The notes under the pieces are model-generated. The model was not told the origin of the DNA. It did not search any database and saw nothing but the letters and a program-made list of their open reading frames with translations. A stretch of DNA of 64,000 bases from Eledone cirrhosa (taxonomy: Eukaryota). This document shows positions 10,693 through 21,975 of this stretch, in pieces (within the stretch, counting starts at the first letter, position 1; each line of letters opens with the position of its first letter). The translations under genes were made by a program, and so were the position numbers. The stretch covers positions 74,524,001 through 74,588,000 of the forward strand of contig OZ024742.1 in the NCBI GenBank assembly GCA_964016885.1, in the 5' to 3' direction.

Positions 10693-13600
10693 AGGACCGC
10701 TCTTGTTGCAAAGGAGCTTCGACGTTACGATCTTGACATCGTGGCTTTATCTGAGACGAGGTTAGCTGGAGATGGTCATCTTACAGAATTTTGTGGAGAA
10801 TATACATTCTTCTGGAAAGGAAGAGATGAAGGAACCAGAAGAGAGGCTGGGGTAGGATTTGCTGTTAAGACTGTTTTTGTGAATAAATTAGAAGAATTCC
10901 CAGTAGGGATTAGTGAGCGTCTTATGTCCATGAGAATTCCGCTGGACAAAGGAAGATATGCGACCCTGGTGAGTGTGTATGCTCCAACTATGAATTCTGT
11001 CGATGAAGAAAAAGTGTCCTTTTACCATGCCTTGAAAGGTGTTTTAAGAAATATCCCTCAGGGAGACAAAGTCATCGTGCTTGGTGACTTTAATGCTAGA
11101 GTGGGTAGGGATTTTAACACATGGAATGTAATCGGAAGGCATGGGGTGGGAAAGTGTAACAACAATGGTATGCTCCTGCTGCAGATGTGTGAGGAGCTGG
11201 ATCTGTCTGTTAGCAACACCATGTTCCAACAAAAGAACAAATTCAAGACCACATGGATGCATCCTGAATCTAAGAAATGGCATCTTTTGGACTACGTCCT
11301 AGTCAGGATGCGTGACAGACAGGATGTGCAGTGTGTTCGTGCTCTTCGTGGAGCTGAGTGCTGGACGGACCACCACCTGGTACGCGCAAAAGTGAAACTA
11401 ATCACTAAACGTAAAAACCGGGCTCCTGGTGTTGCCCTGCCCAAAAGATTGAATGCTGCTCGTCTTAAGGATAAAAATGTGAAGAGGACATTGGAAGAAG
11501 AGATGCAGGCTGCAGATCTTGGTGAGGATTGGCCGACCCTTAAAAAGTCGGTTTATGATGTAGGCAGGCGTGTTCTGGGATTGGTGCAGAGAAAACATCA
11601 GGACTGGTTTAATGAGAATGATGTACATATAGAAGACTTGTTGTCTGATAAGAGGCGTGCTCTGTCACGCTACTTGACGGCAAAACCACAGGAGAGGAAT
11701 ACGTTGCATGAGGAACTCAAGGATGTAAAATCACGTGTTAGGCGGAGTCTTTCTCAGATGAAGGATCAGTGGTGGAGTGAGAAGGCTAGTGAGATACAAA
11801 CTGCGTCAGATTCCAATAACACAAAGCTGTTGTACAGTCTCTTGCGTGAGGTTTATGGACCGTCTTCTTCTCTGGTGACACCGCTTCGCAGCAAGGATGG
11901 CAAAGAACTTCTTCGTGACTCACAAGGAATTCTACGAAGGTGGCGAGAGCACTTTGATGATCTTTTGAATCAGCCGTCTGTCGTCAGTGAAGATTTCCTC
12001 AATCTCATTCGAGAAAGTCCTGTGAAAGTAGCTCTCGCAGAACCTCCGACGCTTGTGGAGGTTGCAGTGGCTATCTCGAAGCTGAACAGTGGAAGGTCTC
12101 CAGGTATTGATGACATACATGCTGAGCTCCTACAATATGGTGGTGAGAGACTCCTGCAACATCTTCACTCTCTGTTTGGCAGGATATGGGCTAATGAATC
12201 CGTACCTGAGGACTGGAGAGATGCAGTAATGGTGGTCTTGTACAAGGGAAAGAGTAACAGGAATGATTGTGGGAACTACAGAGGTATATCATTGCTTTCT
12301 GTCGTAGGGAAAGTTTTATGTAGGGTGCTTCTAGGCCGTCTGCTGACACACATTGCAGATTGTGTTCTTCCTGAAAGTCAATCTGGTTTTCGTGCTGGAC
12401 GCGGCACTACTGATATGATCTTCTCAGCTAGACAGCTCCAGGAGAAGTGCATCGAACAAGGTTTGGATCTGTATCAGGTTTTTGTCGATCTGACAAAAGC
12501 TTTCGATACTGTTAACAGAGATGCATTATGGAAGGTTCTCCAGAAACTTGGTTGCCCTGATAAGTTCCTTGCTTTAGTTAGGTTTTTCCATGACGACATG
12601 AAGGCTTGGGTTAATGTCGGGGGTAACATGTCGGAGCCTATCTCAGTAAAAAATGGAGTGAAACAGGGGGATATTCCATCACCGACCCTGTTTGCCATAT
12701 ACTTTGCAATGGTTTTCTGTATTGCATTCAGGAATTGCGAGCATGGTGTTTACATCCGATATCGAACCTCAGGCAGCATATTTAACATCAGGCGCTTTGC
12801 TGCAAAGACAAAAGTATTTAAATCAATCATAAGAGACCTCTTGTATGCAGATGATTGCGATCTTGTAGCGCACACAGAGAGTGATATGCAGCACATTTTG
12901 AATGCATTTTCTGACGCTTGAACTGCCCTAGGATTGACTGTCAGTCTCAAGAAAACCGTCGTCATGTACCAACCTGCTCCTGGTAAGCAGTACACTGAAC
13001 CAAATATCTATGTGTATGGTAAACGACTTGGAGTGGTTGATCAGTTTGTCTACCTGGGAAGCACTGTCAATCGATACAGCAACCTTGACAGTGAAATCTC
13101 ACTCAGGATTAGGAAAGCAAGTGATGCTTTCGGAAAGCTAGAAAAGCGACTCTGGGGTCGGCGAGACATATGCAGGAGGACAAAGGTAAAGGTGTACAAG
13201 GCATGTGTGCTCTCTTGTCTCCTTTATGCCTGCGAGACCTGGGTCACATATCGACACCATCTTAAGCAATTGGAGCGTTTCCATCAGATGTGTCTCAGAC
13301 GGATCCACGGCGTTCACTGGAGGGACCACATCAGTGATGTCGAGATTTTGGAAAGCTCTATGTGTGACAGTATAGAAGCTCTTGTGCTTAAGCAACGACT
13401 CCGTTGGAGTGGTCACCTTGCCAGGATGAAGGATTCTAGAATACCAAAACAACTCTTTTATGGAGAGTTGGTTAAAGGAAAACGACCGCCACATAAACCA
13501 AAAAAGAGGTATAAGGATTCCTTGAAAGCCTCTTTTAAAGACGCTAACATCTCTGCTGATACATGGGAAAATATTGCTGCTGATCGTAATAAATGGAGAA

Positions 13601-14030
13601 AGACTGTATATGAGGGAAAAGTTGCCTTTGAGGCATCTCGAATCGCATACGAGAAAGTAAAGCGGGATGTGAGGAAGGGCATTGCTGTTGCACTTCCAGA
13701 CGGCGAGGGTCCTCCTATGGTGCTGACATGCAGCGTCTGTGCGAGACTCTGCCTAAGCAAAGCTGGACTCGAAAGTCATCTTCGCAGTCATAAAGTAAGA
13801 CCAGTGGTGACTACCAGGCTGCTGTTGGAGATGCTACTCATCATGCTTGCCAAACATGTGGTAGAGAATGTAAATCAGCAGGAGGGCTCAAGCGACATGC
13901 AAAAGTACATGAACTCCAACCACAGCCGGTTATTCCCAGTGAATGTTTTGATTGCCGACTCTGTGCAAGACATTTTAGATCATTGGCTGGGCTAAAAAGC
14001 CACATTCGATCGCAGCGCTGTTAGTTGCTA

Positions 14031-14032
<2 letters not shown>
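10687..14032 (+). mobile_element. Near full-length RTE-clade LINE (APE-RT-three C-terminal zinc fingers) with one nonsense codon and one frameshift
   Basis: ORFs 10660-12921 and 12934-13995 are in the same frame, split by TGA. RRTAL..ALSETR, GDFNARVG, DLTKAFD, LYADD and LRWSGH motifs. Confidence 0.93.
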
Positions 14033-14067
<35 letters not shown>

Positions 14068-14168
14068 GATATGTTTATGTGTGTGTGTGTGTGTGTATAG
14101 ATATGTTTATGTGTGTGCGTGTGTGTGTATATATATGTGTATATGTATATTATTATTATTGTTGTTGT

Positions 14169-15341
14169 CGTTTGCTCTTTCGCTTTTTGTGGAAGGTACG
14201 CGCTCCGATGGTCAGGCGGTCCATCTGCTGTCAACACCCGCTACGTGGAGGGCTGGGAATGCCGTGGCTGATGATGCGCAGACACGCGCTCAGGCTACGA
14301 CATCTCCACCTCTTCCTCGACGGTGATCAGGTGTGGTCGCCGTTTGCTAGACACGTCTTTCCCCAGCTCGTCTCCTTGACGGAGCTGCAGTCCTGGCTCA
14401 AGCGAAGACCGAGAGGGAGCGCTTGGAGACTGGAATGTCTTCAGGCGCTCACAGCCCTCGACCAATCGGGCAATGTGATCGGTGGAAACTCCACCTTGGC
14501 GTTCTATAGAGGATTAGTGGAGGGGAAGAGCGACGACGTACTTCGAGAAACTCTAGGCGTCGACGAAAATCAACTAGCCAATCTCTTCGGAAGGACTTTC
14601 GGGCCGGGGCAGTGCTACCGGGGAGCTCTGCCAGTTCGGGATAAACTCTACAGGCATGGAGGTGCCGTCAGCCGAGCATGTCCGAGATGCGCACAGGGCG
14701 ACGAAACAGTCCTGCACGCACTCGTCCAGTGTCCGAGCATTGCTGACTTGTGGGTTTATGTCGAACACCTGCTGTCACGTGTAGGACGGATCCAGCTATC
14801 AGCTGAGTCCATCGTGAGGATTGCCCCGCCCCCTTCCTATAGCCGGGAAGGGCAGGCAGTTTTTATCTGTCTGGTGGCCATGGCGAAAGATTTAGTATGG
14901 TGGACACATTTGAAAGGGCTGAAGACGAGCATTTACCTCTTCGGTGATGCCCTGATTAACTTTTTCAAATTTCATTTGAAAAGGAAAATCAGGATAGAGA
15001 GGGAAGTGCTCTCTTCCCATCATTTTGTTGAAAGATGGGTGAGAGAAGCAAGTATGGCCCGAATGAATGGGCCTTCTTTGAGTATGTGTCTGTAAATTAA
15101 AGGTGGAAAACTGGGAGAGGGCACTTGCCCTGGTGGTCAGGGTCACTGTGGTTTTTTAATGGGCTTTCTCCACAAATGTCCCTCGGAAGTCTCCCCCCTA
15201 CTGGGGAATTTTTCTTTGTTATTTTATTACATCCTCTGTTTTTTTTTTACACGCAGAAATGCCCATTTGTACCGTCCTGTATTGTCCTGTACTGTCCTTA
15301 ATGTCTACTTCATGTAAACCCTTGTGGTTAATAAAGAAAAC
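14169..15341 (+). mobile_element. Second, shorter copy of the same Tx1-like family
   Basis: Reverse complement of 8651-9856 with a 33-bp in-frame deletion. Flanked by (TTA)n-like tracts on both sides. Confidence 0.9.
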
Positions 15342-15354
15342 ATTATTATTGTTG

Positions 15355-16948
15355 TTATTCCTTGAATCTCAGTCATTGATGTTGGTTAACTGGAAAGTCC
15401 GTTGGATTGAATATCAAGCCACTACCTGCAGCCTCAGATATTCAGGACGTATCGGAGGGTTCTTGCTGTTCCAAGCAAGCATGCCTTTTGAAGCGTTCCA
15501 AAAAGCGTGAAGGGGCCGATTTTCTTTAACCATCCCTGGAAACCTTTGGAGATAGTCCCCAGTGCGCCTATGACAATCGGGATCACTTTGACTTCATGGC
15601 AGTTCCAGATCCTTTTCACCTCCCACTTTAGGTCCTGGTATCGGTTAATTTTCTCCCTCTCCTTCTCTTGCACTCTCGTGTCGAACGGGCAGGCCACATC
15701 CACAATCAGGCACGATCTTTTTTCTTTGTCCACAACCACCAGGTCAGGTCTATTGTGTTCCAGTTTTTTTGTCCGTCTGTATCCTAAAATCCCACAGCAC
15801 CTTCACCTGACTGTTCTCCATCACCGCCTCTGGCCTATGCTCATACCATTTCTCAGAATGTGGTAGATTGTTTACTTTGCACAGGTGCCAGTGGATCACC
15901 CTGCCCATCACATCGTGTCTCCAGCCCTTATAGTGGGTCTGGGCTAGGTGTTTACACTCGGACACAATGTGAGCCACAGTCTCCTCTCTCTCTCCACAGA
16001 TCCTGCACAGTGGGCTAGCCTCCTCCTTGTAGATATGGTGCTTCAACCACTTCGTTTTGAGGGCCTGCTCCTGCGCAGCCATTAGCATTCCTTCTGTAGC
16101 CTTTTTGAGGTCTCCTCTTCTCAACCAGTTCCATGTCTTATTATTATTATTATTATTGTTATTGTTATTCCTTGAATCTCAGTCATTGATGTTGGTTAAC
16201 TGGAAAGTCCGTTGGATTGAATATCAAGCCACTACCTGCAGCCTCAGATATTCAGGACGTATCGGAGGGTTCTTGCTGTTCCAAGCAAGCATGCCTTTTG
16301 AAGCGTTCCAAAAAGCGTGAAGGGGCCGATTTTCTTTAACCATCCCTGGAAACCTTTGGAGATAGTCCCCAGTGCGCCTATGACAATCGGGATCACTTTG
16401 ACTTCATGGCAGTTCCAGATCCTTTTCACCTCCCACTTTAGGTCCTGGTATCGGTTAATTTTCTCCCTCTCCTTCTCTTGCACTCTCGTGTCGAACGGGC
16501 AGGCCACATCCACAATCAGGCACGATCTTTTTTCTTTGTCCACAACCACCAGGTCAGGTCTATTGTGTTCCAGTTTTTTTGTCCGTCTGTATCCTAAAAT
16601 CCCACAGCACCTTCACCTGACTGTTCTCCATCACCGCCTCTGGCCTATGCTCATACCATTTCTCAGAATGTGGTAGATTGTTTACTTTGCACAGGTGCCA
16701 GTGGATCACCCTGCCCATCACATCGTGTCTCCAGCCCTTATAGTGGGTCTGGGCTAGGTGTTTACACTCGGACACAATGTGAGCCACAGTCTCCTCTCTC
16801 TCTCCACAGATCCTGCACAGTGGGCTAGCCTCCTCCTTGTAGATATGGTGCTTCAACCACTTCGTTTTGAGGGCCTGCTCCTGCGCAGCCATTAGCATTC
16901 CTTCTGTAGCCTTTTTGAGGTCTCCTCTTCTCAACCAGTTCCATGTCT
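15355..16948 (-). mobile_element. Two tandem 810-bp 3' fragments of the R4/Dong-like element
   Basis: Identical ORF sets 810 bp apart, separated by (TTA)n, sharing the same 1-bp frameshift (T8 vs T7). Confidence 0.9.
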
Positions 16949-17053
16949 TATTATTATTATTATTATTGTTATTGTTATTCCTTGAATCTCAGTCATTGAT
17001 GTTGGTTAACTGGAAAGTCCGTTGGATTGAATATCAAGCCACTACCTGCAGCC

Positions 17054-19906
17054 TCAGATATTCAGGACGTATCGGAGGGTTCTTGCTGTTCCAAGCAAGC
17101 ATGCCTTTTGAAGCGTTCCAAAAAGCGTGAAGGGGCCGATTTTCTTTAACCATCCCTGGAAACCTTTGGAGATAGTCCCCAGTGCGCCTATGACAATCGG
17201 GATCACTTTGACTTCATGGCAGTTCCAAATCCTTTTCACCTCCCACTTTAGGTCCTGGTATCGGTTAATTTTCTCCCTCTCCTTCTCTTGCACTCTCGTG
17301 TCGAACGGGCAGGCCACATCCACAATCAGGCACGATCTTTTTTCTTTGTCCACAACCACCAGGTCAGGTCTATTGTGTTCCAGTTTTTTGTCCGTCTGTA
17401 TCTTAAAATCCCACAGCACCTTCACCTGACTGTTCTCCATCACGGCCTCTGGCCTATGCTCATACCATTTCTCAGAATGTGGTAGATTGTTTACTTTGCA
17501 CAGGTGCCAGTGGATCACCCTGCCCATCACATCGTGTCTCCAGCCCTTATAGTGGGTCTGGGCTAGGTGTTTACACTCGGACACAATGTGAGCCACAGTC
17601 TCCTCTCTCTCTCCACAGATCCTGCACAGTGGGCTAGCCTCCTCCTTGTAGATATGGTGCTTCAACCACTTCGTTTTGAGGGCCTGCTCCTGCGCAGCCA
17701 TTAGCATTCCTTCTGTAGCCTTTTTGAGGTCTCCTCTTCTCAACCAGTTCCATGTCTGTGGATCTCTAAATTCAGTTTTCTCAAAGAAGGTACTATGAAG
17801 GGATTTTCCCTTAAGGCTGCTCTTCCTCCTTGATGTTATTCCCTCCTTGGATATCCCCTGGCCTACTGTCCCCTCCTTCAGTACAGCTCTGAGCATTGGC
17901 TCCTTACTATAGGTCACGTATTTGTATAGGTTGTTTTTCTCCATCTGAACACAGTCCTCTATGCTGATAAGACCTCTTCCACCCTCAGATCTCCTTAGGT
18001 AGAGTCTATCGACATCACTCCTCTTGTGGAACATGTTGTAGATAGTCAATAGCTTCCTAGTCTTCCTATCCATTTCTTTTTGTTCAGCAACATTCCATCT
18101 CAGAATTCCCGCACTGTACCTAATAATAGACACAGCTCGGGAATTTACTGCGCTTATGGCATTTCTGCTGTTCAGATGTGACTTCAATACGCTCCTTACT
18201 CTCCGAATGTATTCAGTTCTTAACAATTCCTTCATTTTTTTGTTCTTTATGCCATCAGCCTCCAGAACGCCCAAATACTTGTATCCTTCCTCAGAGTCAA
18301 TTTCCTTTATCATCTCACCTGTTGGTATCTGGATCCCGTTACTTCTGCTCAACCTACCCCTCTTCATCACAATGACTCCACATTTACCAATACCAAACTG
18401 CATACATATATCACTGCTGAAAATACAGACAGTGTCAACAAGCACATCCAACTCCTTCTCACTTTTCCCGAAGAGCTTAAGATCGTCCATGAAGAGGAGG
18501 TGATTGATGGTAAGCTCTCCCCTTCCCAACTTGTATCCTGCTCTCACTTTTCGCAGCATAATGGTCAAGGGCATCAGGGCAAGGACAAACAACAGAGGGG
18601 ACAGGCTATCTCCCTGGAAGATACCTCTCTTGATCTTCACGCTTCCCAAGGATACTCCAGTTGATGTCAACTCTGTCTCCCAGGACCCCATACTCCTGCC
18701 CAGCAACTGTCTGATGTTATCTGCCACCCTGAAGATCTCCAGGCTTTTGGTGATCCAGGAATGAGGCACCATGTCAAATGCCTTTCTGTAGTCTATCCAT
18801 CCCATGGCAAGATCAGTGTGTCTCCTCCTGCAATTCCCCATTACCATCTTATCAATAAGCAACTGGTCCTTTGTACCACGTGACTTCTTTCGGCATCCTT
18901 TCTGTTCGTCCGGTAACAAGTTGTTTGTGTGGAGGTGATGGTAGATTTCCTCAGACACAATGCTCGTCAACAGTTTCCACATTACGGGCAGACATGTGAT
19001 AGGTCTATAGTTGGTAACATCATTACCCTTGATTCGGTCTTTCATTATCAGAACTGTGGTACCTTTTGTCAACCACTCTGGCACCTCACCCGACACCAAG
19101 CAGTCATTGAACATGGCCGTCAGCTTCGGGTGGAGGGATGTTAAATGTTTAATCCAATACCCCTGCACACCATCTGGGCCTGGTGATTTCCAGTTGGTTA
19201 GTTTTTTGGCTTGCCCCTTAAGAGTTTCAACTGTGATACTCAAATCAGTCTGTTGTTGTGCCTGCTCACCGATCTCCCTCTGTACTGTCTCAATCCACCC
19301 TGCCTGGGCATTGTGTCTAACATCCTGCTCCCATATTCCTCTCCAGAATGTTTTAGCTTGTTCCGCCCCAGGGATCAAGTCGTTGCCTCTTTCTTTCCCC
19401 TGAAGCTGTCCAAACAGCATCTTCTGGTTGTTGTCGAACATGCGGTTCTGTTTATACTGACTGACTCTGTTCTCGTATCGCCTGATTTTGGCACTCTTTG
19501 CTACAATGCGTTGCTTCAATTCCTCTATGATAATATTTAGCTTTTTACTCCTAGTTTTGTATTTTATTTCCAGTCTATTTTTAGTGCCTATGTTTTTTAG
19601 TGTCCCATTCAGTAGTGACTCAAGCTTTCCTATGTCATTTCTCATTTCCCCGATTTGCCCACTCAGTCGCTTCTTCCACCACGGCTCTGCTCTTTCTTGT
19701 CTGTTGTTTCCTCTCGCTTTTATACCAAGTAGTTTCCTCACCGTATTTGCTGTTGCTTTGAGGATATTGTTGCACTGGTGAAGACTCCTCGCCTCAAGGT
19801 ATGGGATGACTTTGTTTACCTTAGCTGTTGTGTCTTTTAACTTTTTCCTGTCTACAAATCTTAGGTTCATAGGTCTCCCACTATCATTGTTCAACTCATC
19901 TACCAC
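17054..19906 (-). CDS. R4/Dong-clade non-LTR retrotransposon ORF (RT, CCHC knuckle, restriction-like endonuclease), 5'-truncated but uninterrupted for 950 aa
   Basis: YRPITCL, IDYRKAFD, GIFQGDSLSP, FMDD, CRIC..ETVAHIVSEC and RPD..D..P..EK..Y motifs. (TAA)n on both flanks (16949-16978, 19911-19952). Confidence 0.92.
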   Translation of the reverse strand: MVDELNNDSGRPMNLRFVDRKKLKDTTAKVNKVIPYLEARSLHQCNNILKATANTVRKLLGIKARGNNRQERAEPWWKKRLSGQIGEMRNDIGKLESLLNGTLKNIGTKNRLEIKYKTRSKKLNIIIEELKQRIVAKSAKIRRYENRVSQYKQNRMFDNNQKMLFGQLQGKERGNDLIPGAEQAKTFWRGIWEQDVRHNAQAGWIETVQREIGEQAQQQTDLSITVETLKGQAKKLTNWKSPGPDGVQGYWIKHLTSLHPKLTAMFNDCLVSGEVPEWLTKGTTVLIMKDRIKGNDVTNYRPITCLPVMWKLLTSIVSEEIYHHLHTNNLLPDEQKGCRKKSRGTKDQLLIDKMVMGNCRRRHTDLAMGWIDYRKAFDMVPHSWITKSLEIFRVADNIRQLLGRSMGSWETELTSTGVSLGSVKIKRGIFQGDSLSPLLFVLALMPLTIMLRKVRAGYKLGRGELTINHLLFMDDLKLFGKSEKELDVLVDTVCIFSSDICMQFGIGKCGVIVMKRGRLSRSNGIQIPTGEMIKEIDSEEGYKYLGVLEADGIKNKKMKELLRTEYIRRVRSVLKSHLNSRNAISAVNSRAVSIIRYSAGILRWNVAEQKEMDRKTRKLLTIYNMFHKRSDVDRLYLRRSEGGRGLISIEDCVQMEKNNLYKYVTYSKEPMLRAVLKEGTVGQGISKEGITSRRKSSLKGKSLHSTFFEKTEFRDPQTWNWLRRGDLKKATEGMLMAAQEQALKTKWLKHHIYKEEASPLCRICGEREETVAHIVSECKHLAQTHYKGWRHDVMGRVIHWHLCKVNNLPHSEKWYEHRPEAVMENSQVKVLWDFKIQTDKKLEHNRPDLVVVDKEKRSCLIVDVACPFDTRVQEKEREKINRYQDLKWEVKRIWNCHEVKVIPIVIGALGTISKGFQGWLKKIGPFTLFGTLQKACLLGTARTLRYVLNI

Positions 19907-19909
19907 TAA

Positions 19910-19956
<47 letters not shown>

Positions 19957-20001
19957 ATATGTGTGTATGTATATATATGTGTGTGTATATATGTATATGT
20001 A

Positions 20002-20048
<47 letters not shown>

Positions 20049-20231
20049 TTTTTTTATTTTATCTTATTTTTTATTTATTTATTAATATATATATATATAT
20101 ATTTTTTCCTCCTCGTGCAATGGCCATACTCAATAACGAGGGGACAGCCATCATGTATGTATGTATGTATGTATGTATGTATGTATGTATGTATGTATGT
20201 ATGTATGTATGTATGTATGTATGTATGTATG

Positions 20232-20830
20232 TACGACGAGGTTTGTCAGAAAGGAAACATGACCGGTGTCACAAAAAATATTTCAAATTCAAACTACAAA
20301 CTACAAGTTTCCTCTTTCAAATAATCCCCCTCGAGTCTAACGCACTTTCCCATCCTTCTCCACCACGCCTCCCTGCACTTCTGGAACGATACTCCCGGGA
20401 TTCTCCACAGCTCCGTCGTCACGGCCTTCTCGATGGCTTCCACGTCCCAAGAACGGATCGTATTCGAAAACTCATGACTCATCACCGGCGATGATTCTCC
20501 CCAGTAAGTTTGGTTTGGTTTCAGGACACTCGAGGATGTCCTGACACACCTACATACGCCACTTCTTCTGGTCATCATTCAGTACCTTAGGCACTATCTC
20601 CGTACTAAATCTTCTGTGATAATCTTCTAAACACTGCCGTGGTTCATGTCCAGCTCAGTTGTGGTCAGTCGAACAGTCAGCCGACGATCGTCATGCACCA
20701 CTTGCTTGACGCGCTCAACGTTGTCTCCAGTCCTGTTCGTTGAAGGCCTTCCGCACCAGGGGTCATCTTTGAACCTTTTGTGCAACTCGAAAACCCGTGA
20801 GAGCGCCATCGTCTCATCTCCGACACTTGC
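20232..20830 (-). pseudogene. Internally deleted mariner transposon remnant
   Basis: HTH segment GRPST...VERVKQVVHDDRRLTVR and C-terminal segment W..RMGKCVRLEGDY. Confidence 0.8.
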
Positions 20831-21019
20831 TACAGTATTCCGAGTGCTTCTGGTATGCTCTGGGATCGCTGGCTTAGGGTGACCCCGGCCTCGTTGAACA
20901 AGAAGAAGAGGAAGTAGAAGAAGAGGAAGAAGACGAAGAGAAAGAAGTGAATGTGTGTGAAAGTGTGTGTGTTTGTGTGTATGTGTGTGAAAGTGTGTGT
21001 GTTTGTGTGTATGTGTGTG

Positions 21020-21975
21020 AGATATGGTGTGGTGGTGGTGGTGGTGGTGGTGGTGGTGGTGGAGGTGTTGGTGGTGGTGGTGTTGTTGGTTGTGGTGGTG
21101 GTAGTGGTGGTAGTAGTGGTGGTAGTAGTGGTGGTGGTGGTAGTTGTGGTGGTGGTGGTGGTGGTGGTAGTGGTGGTGGTGGTTGTGGTAGTGGTGGTAT
21201 GGTGGTAGTGGTGGTGGTATGGTGGTAGTGGTGGTGGTGGTGGTCGTTGTGGCGGTGGTTGTGGTGGTGGTGTTGGTGGTGCTGACGGTGGTATGGTGGT
21301 GGTGGTAGCGGTATGGTAGTAGTGGTATGGTGGTGGTGGTGGTGGTTATGATGGTTGTGGTGGTATGGTGGTATGGTTGTGGTGGTGGTATGGTGGTGGT
21401 GGTATGGTGAGGGTAAGGTGGTGGTATGGTGCTGGTATGGTTTGGTGGTGGTATGGTGGTGGTATGGTGGTGGTGGTGGTATGGTGGTGGTGGTGGTGGT
21501 ATGGTGGTGGTATGGTGGTGGTAGTGGTAGTGGTATGGTGATAGTGGTATAGTGGTAGTGGTGGAGTTGGTGGTAGTGGTGGTGATGGTGTTGCTAGTGG
21601 TGGTAGTGATCGTATGGCGGTAGTAGTGGTAGTGGTATGGTGTTAGTGGTGGTGGTGCTGGTAGTGTTGGTGGTAGTAGTAGAGGGGGTAGTGGTAATGG
21701 TAGTAGTGATAGCAGTGTGGTTGTATTGTGGTAGTGGTTGTGGTGGTGATAGTGGTACGGTGATAGTGGTACGGTGGTAGTGGTGATGGTGGTAGTGGTT
21801 TAGTGGTAGTAGTAGTGGTGGTGGTGGTAGTGGTGGTGGTAATAGTGGTATGGTTGTAGTGGTTGTGGTGATGGAGGTATGGTGTGGTGGTGTCTGTGGT
21901 AAGGTGGTGGTAATGATAGTGGTCATAGTGGTGTTGGTGGAAGTAAAGGTGGTGGTGGTATGCTGGTATTGGTGG
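21020..21975. repeat. Degenerate (GGT)n low-complexity tract
   Basis: Direct inspection. Confidence 0.9.

Noticed and set aside
8651-15341. 1.2-kb inverted repeats around an RT ORF, resembling a composite or TIR transposon
   Set aside because: The arms are two independently truncated Tx1-like 3' ends with separate mutations. There is no transposase and no TSD around the whole block.
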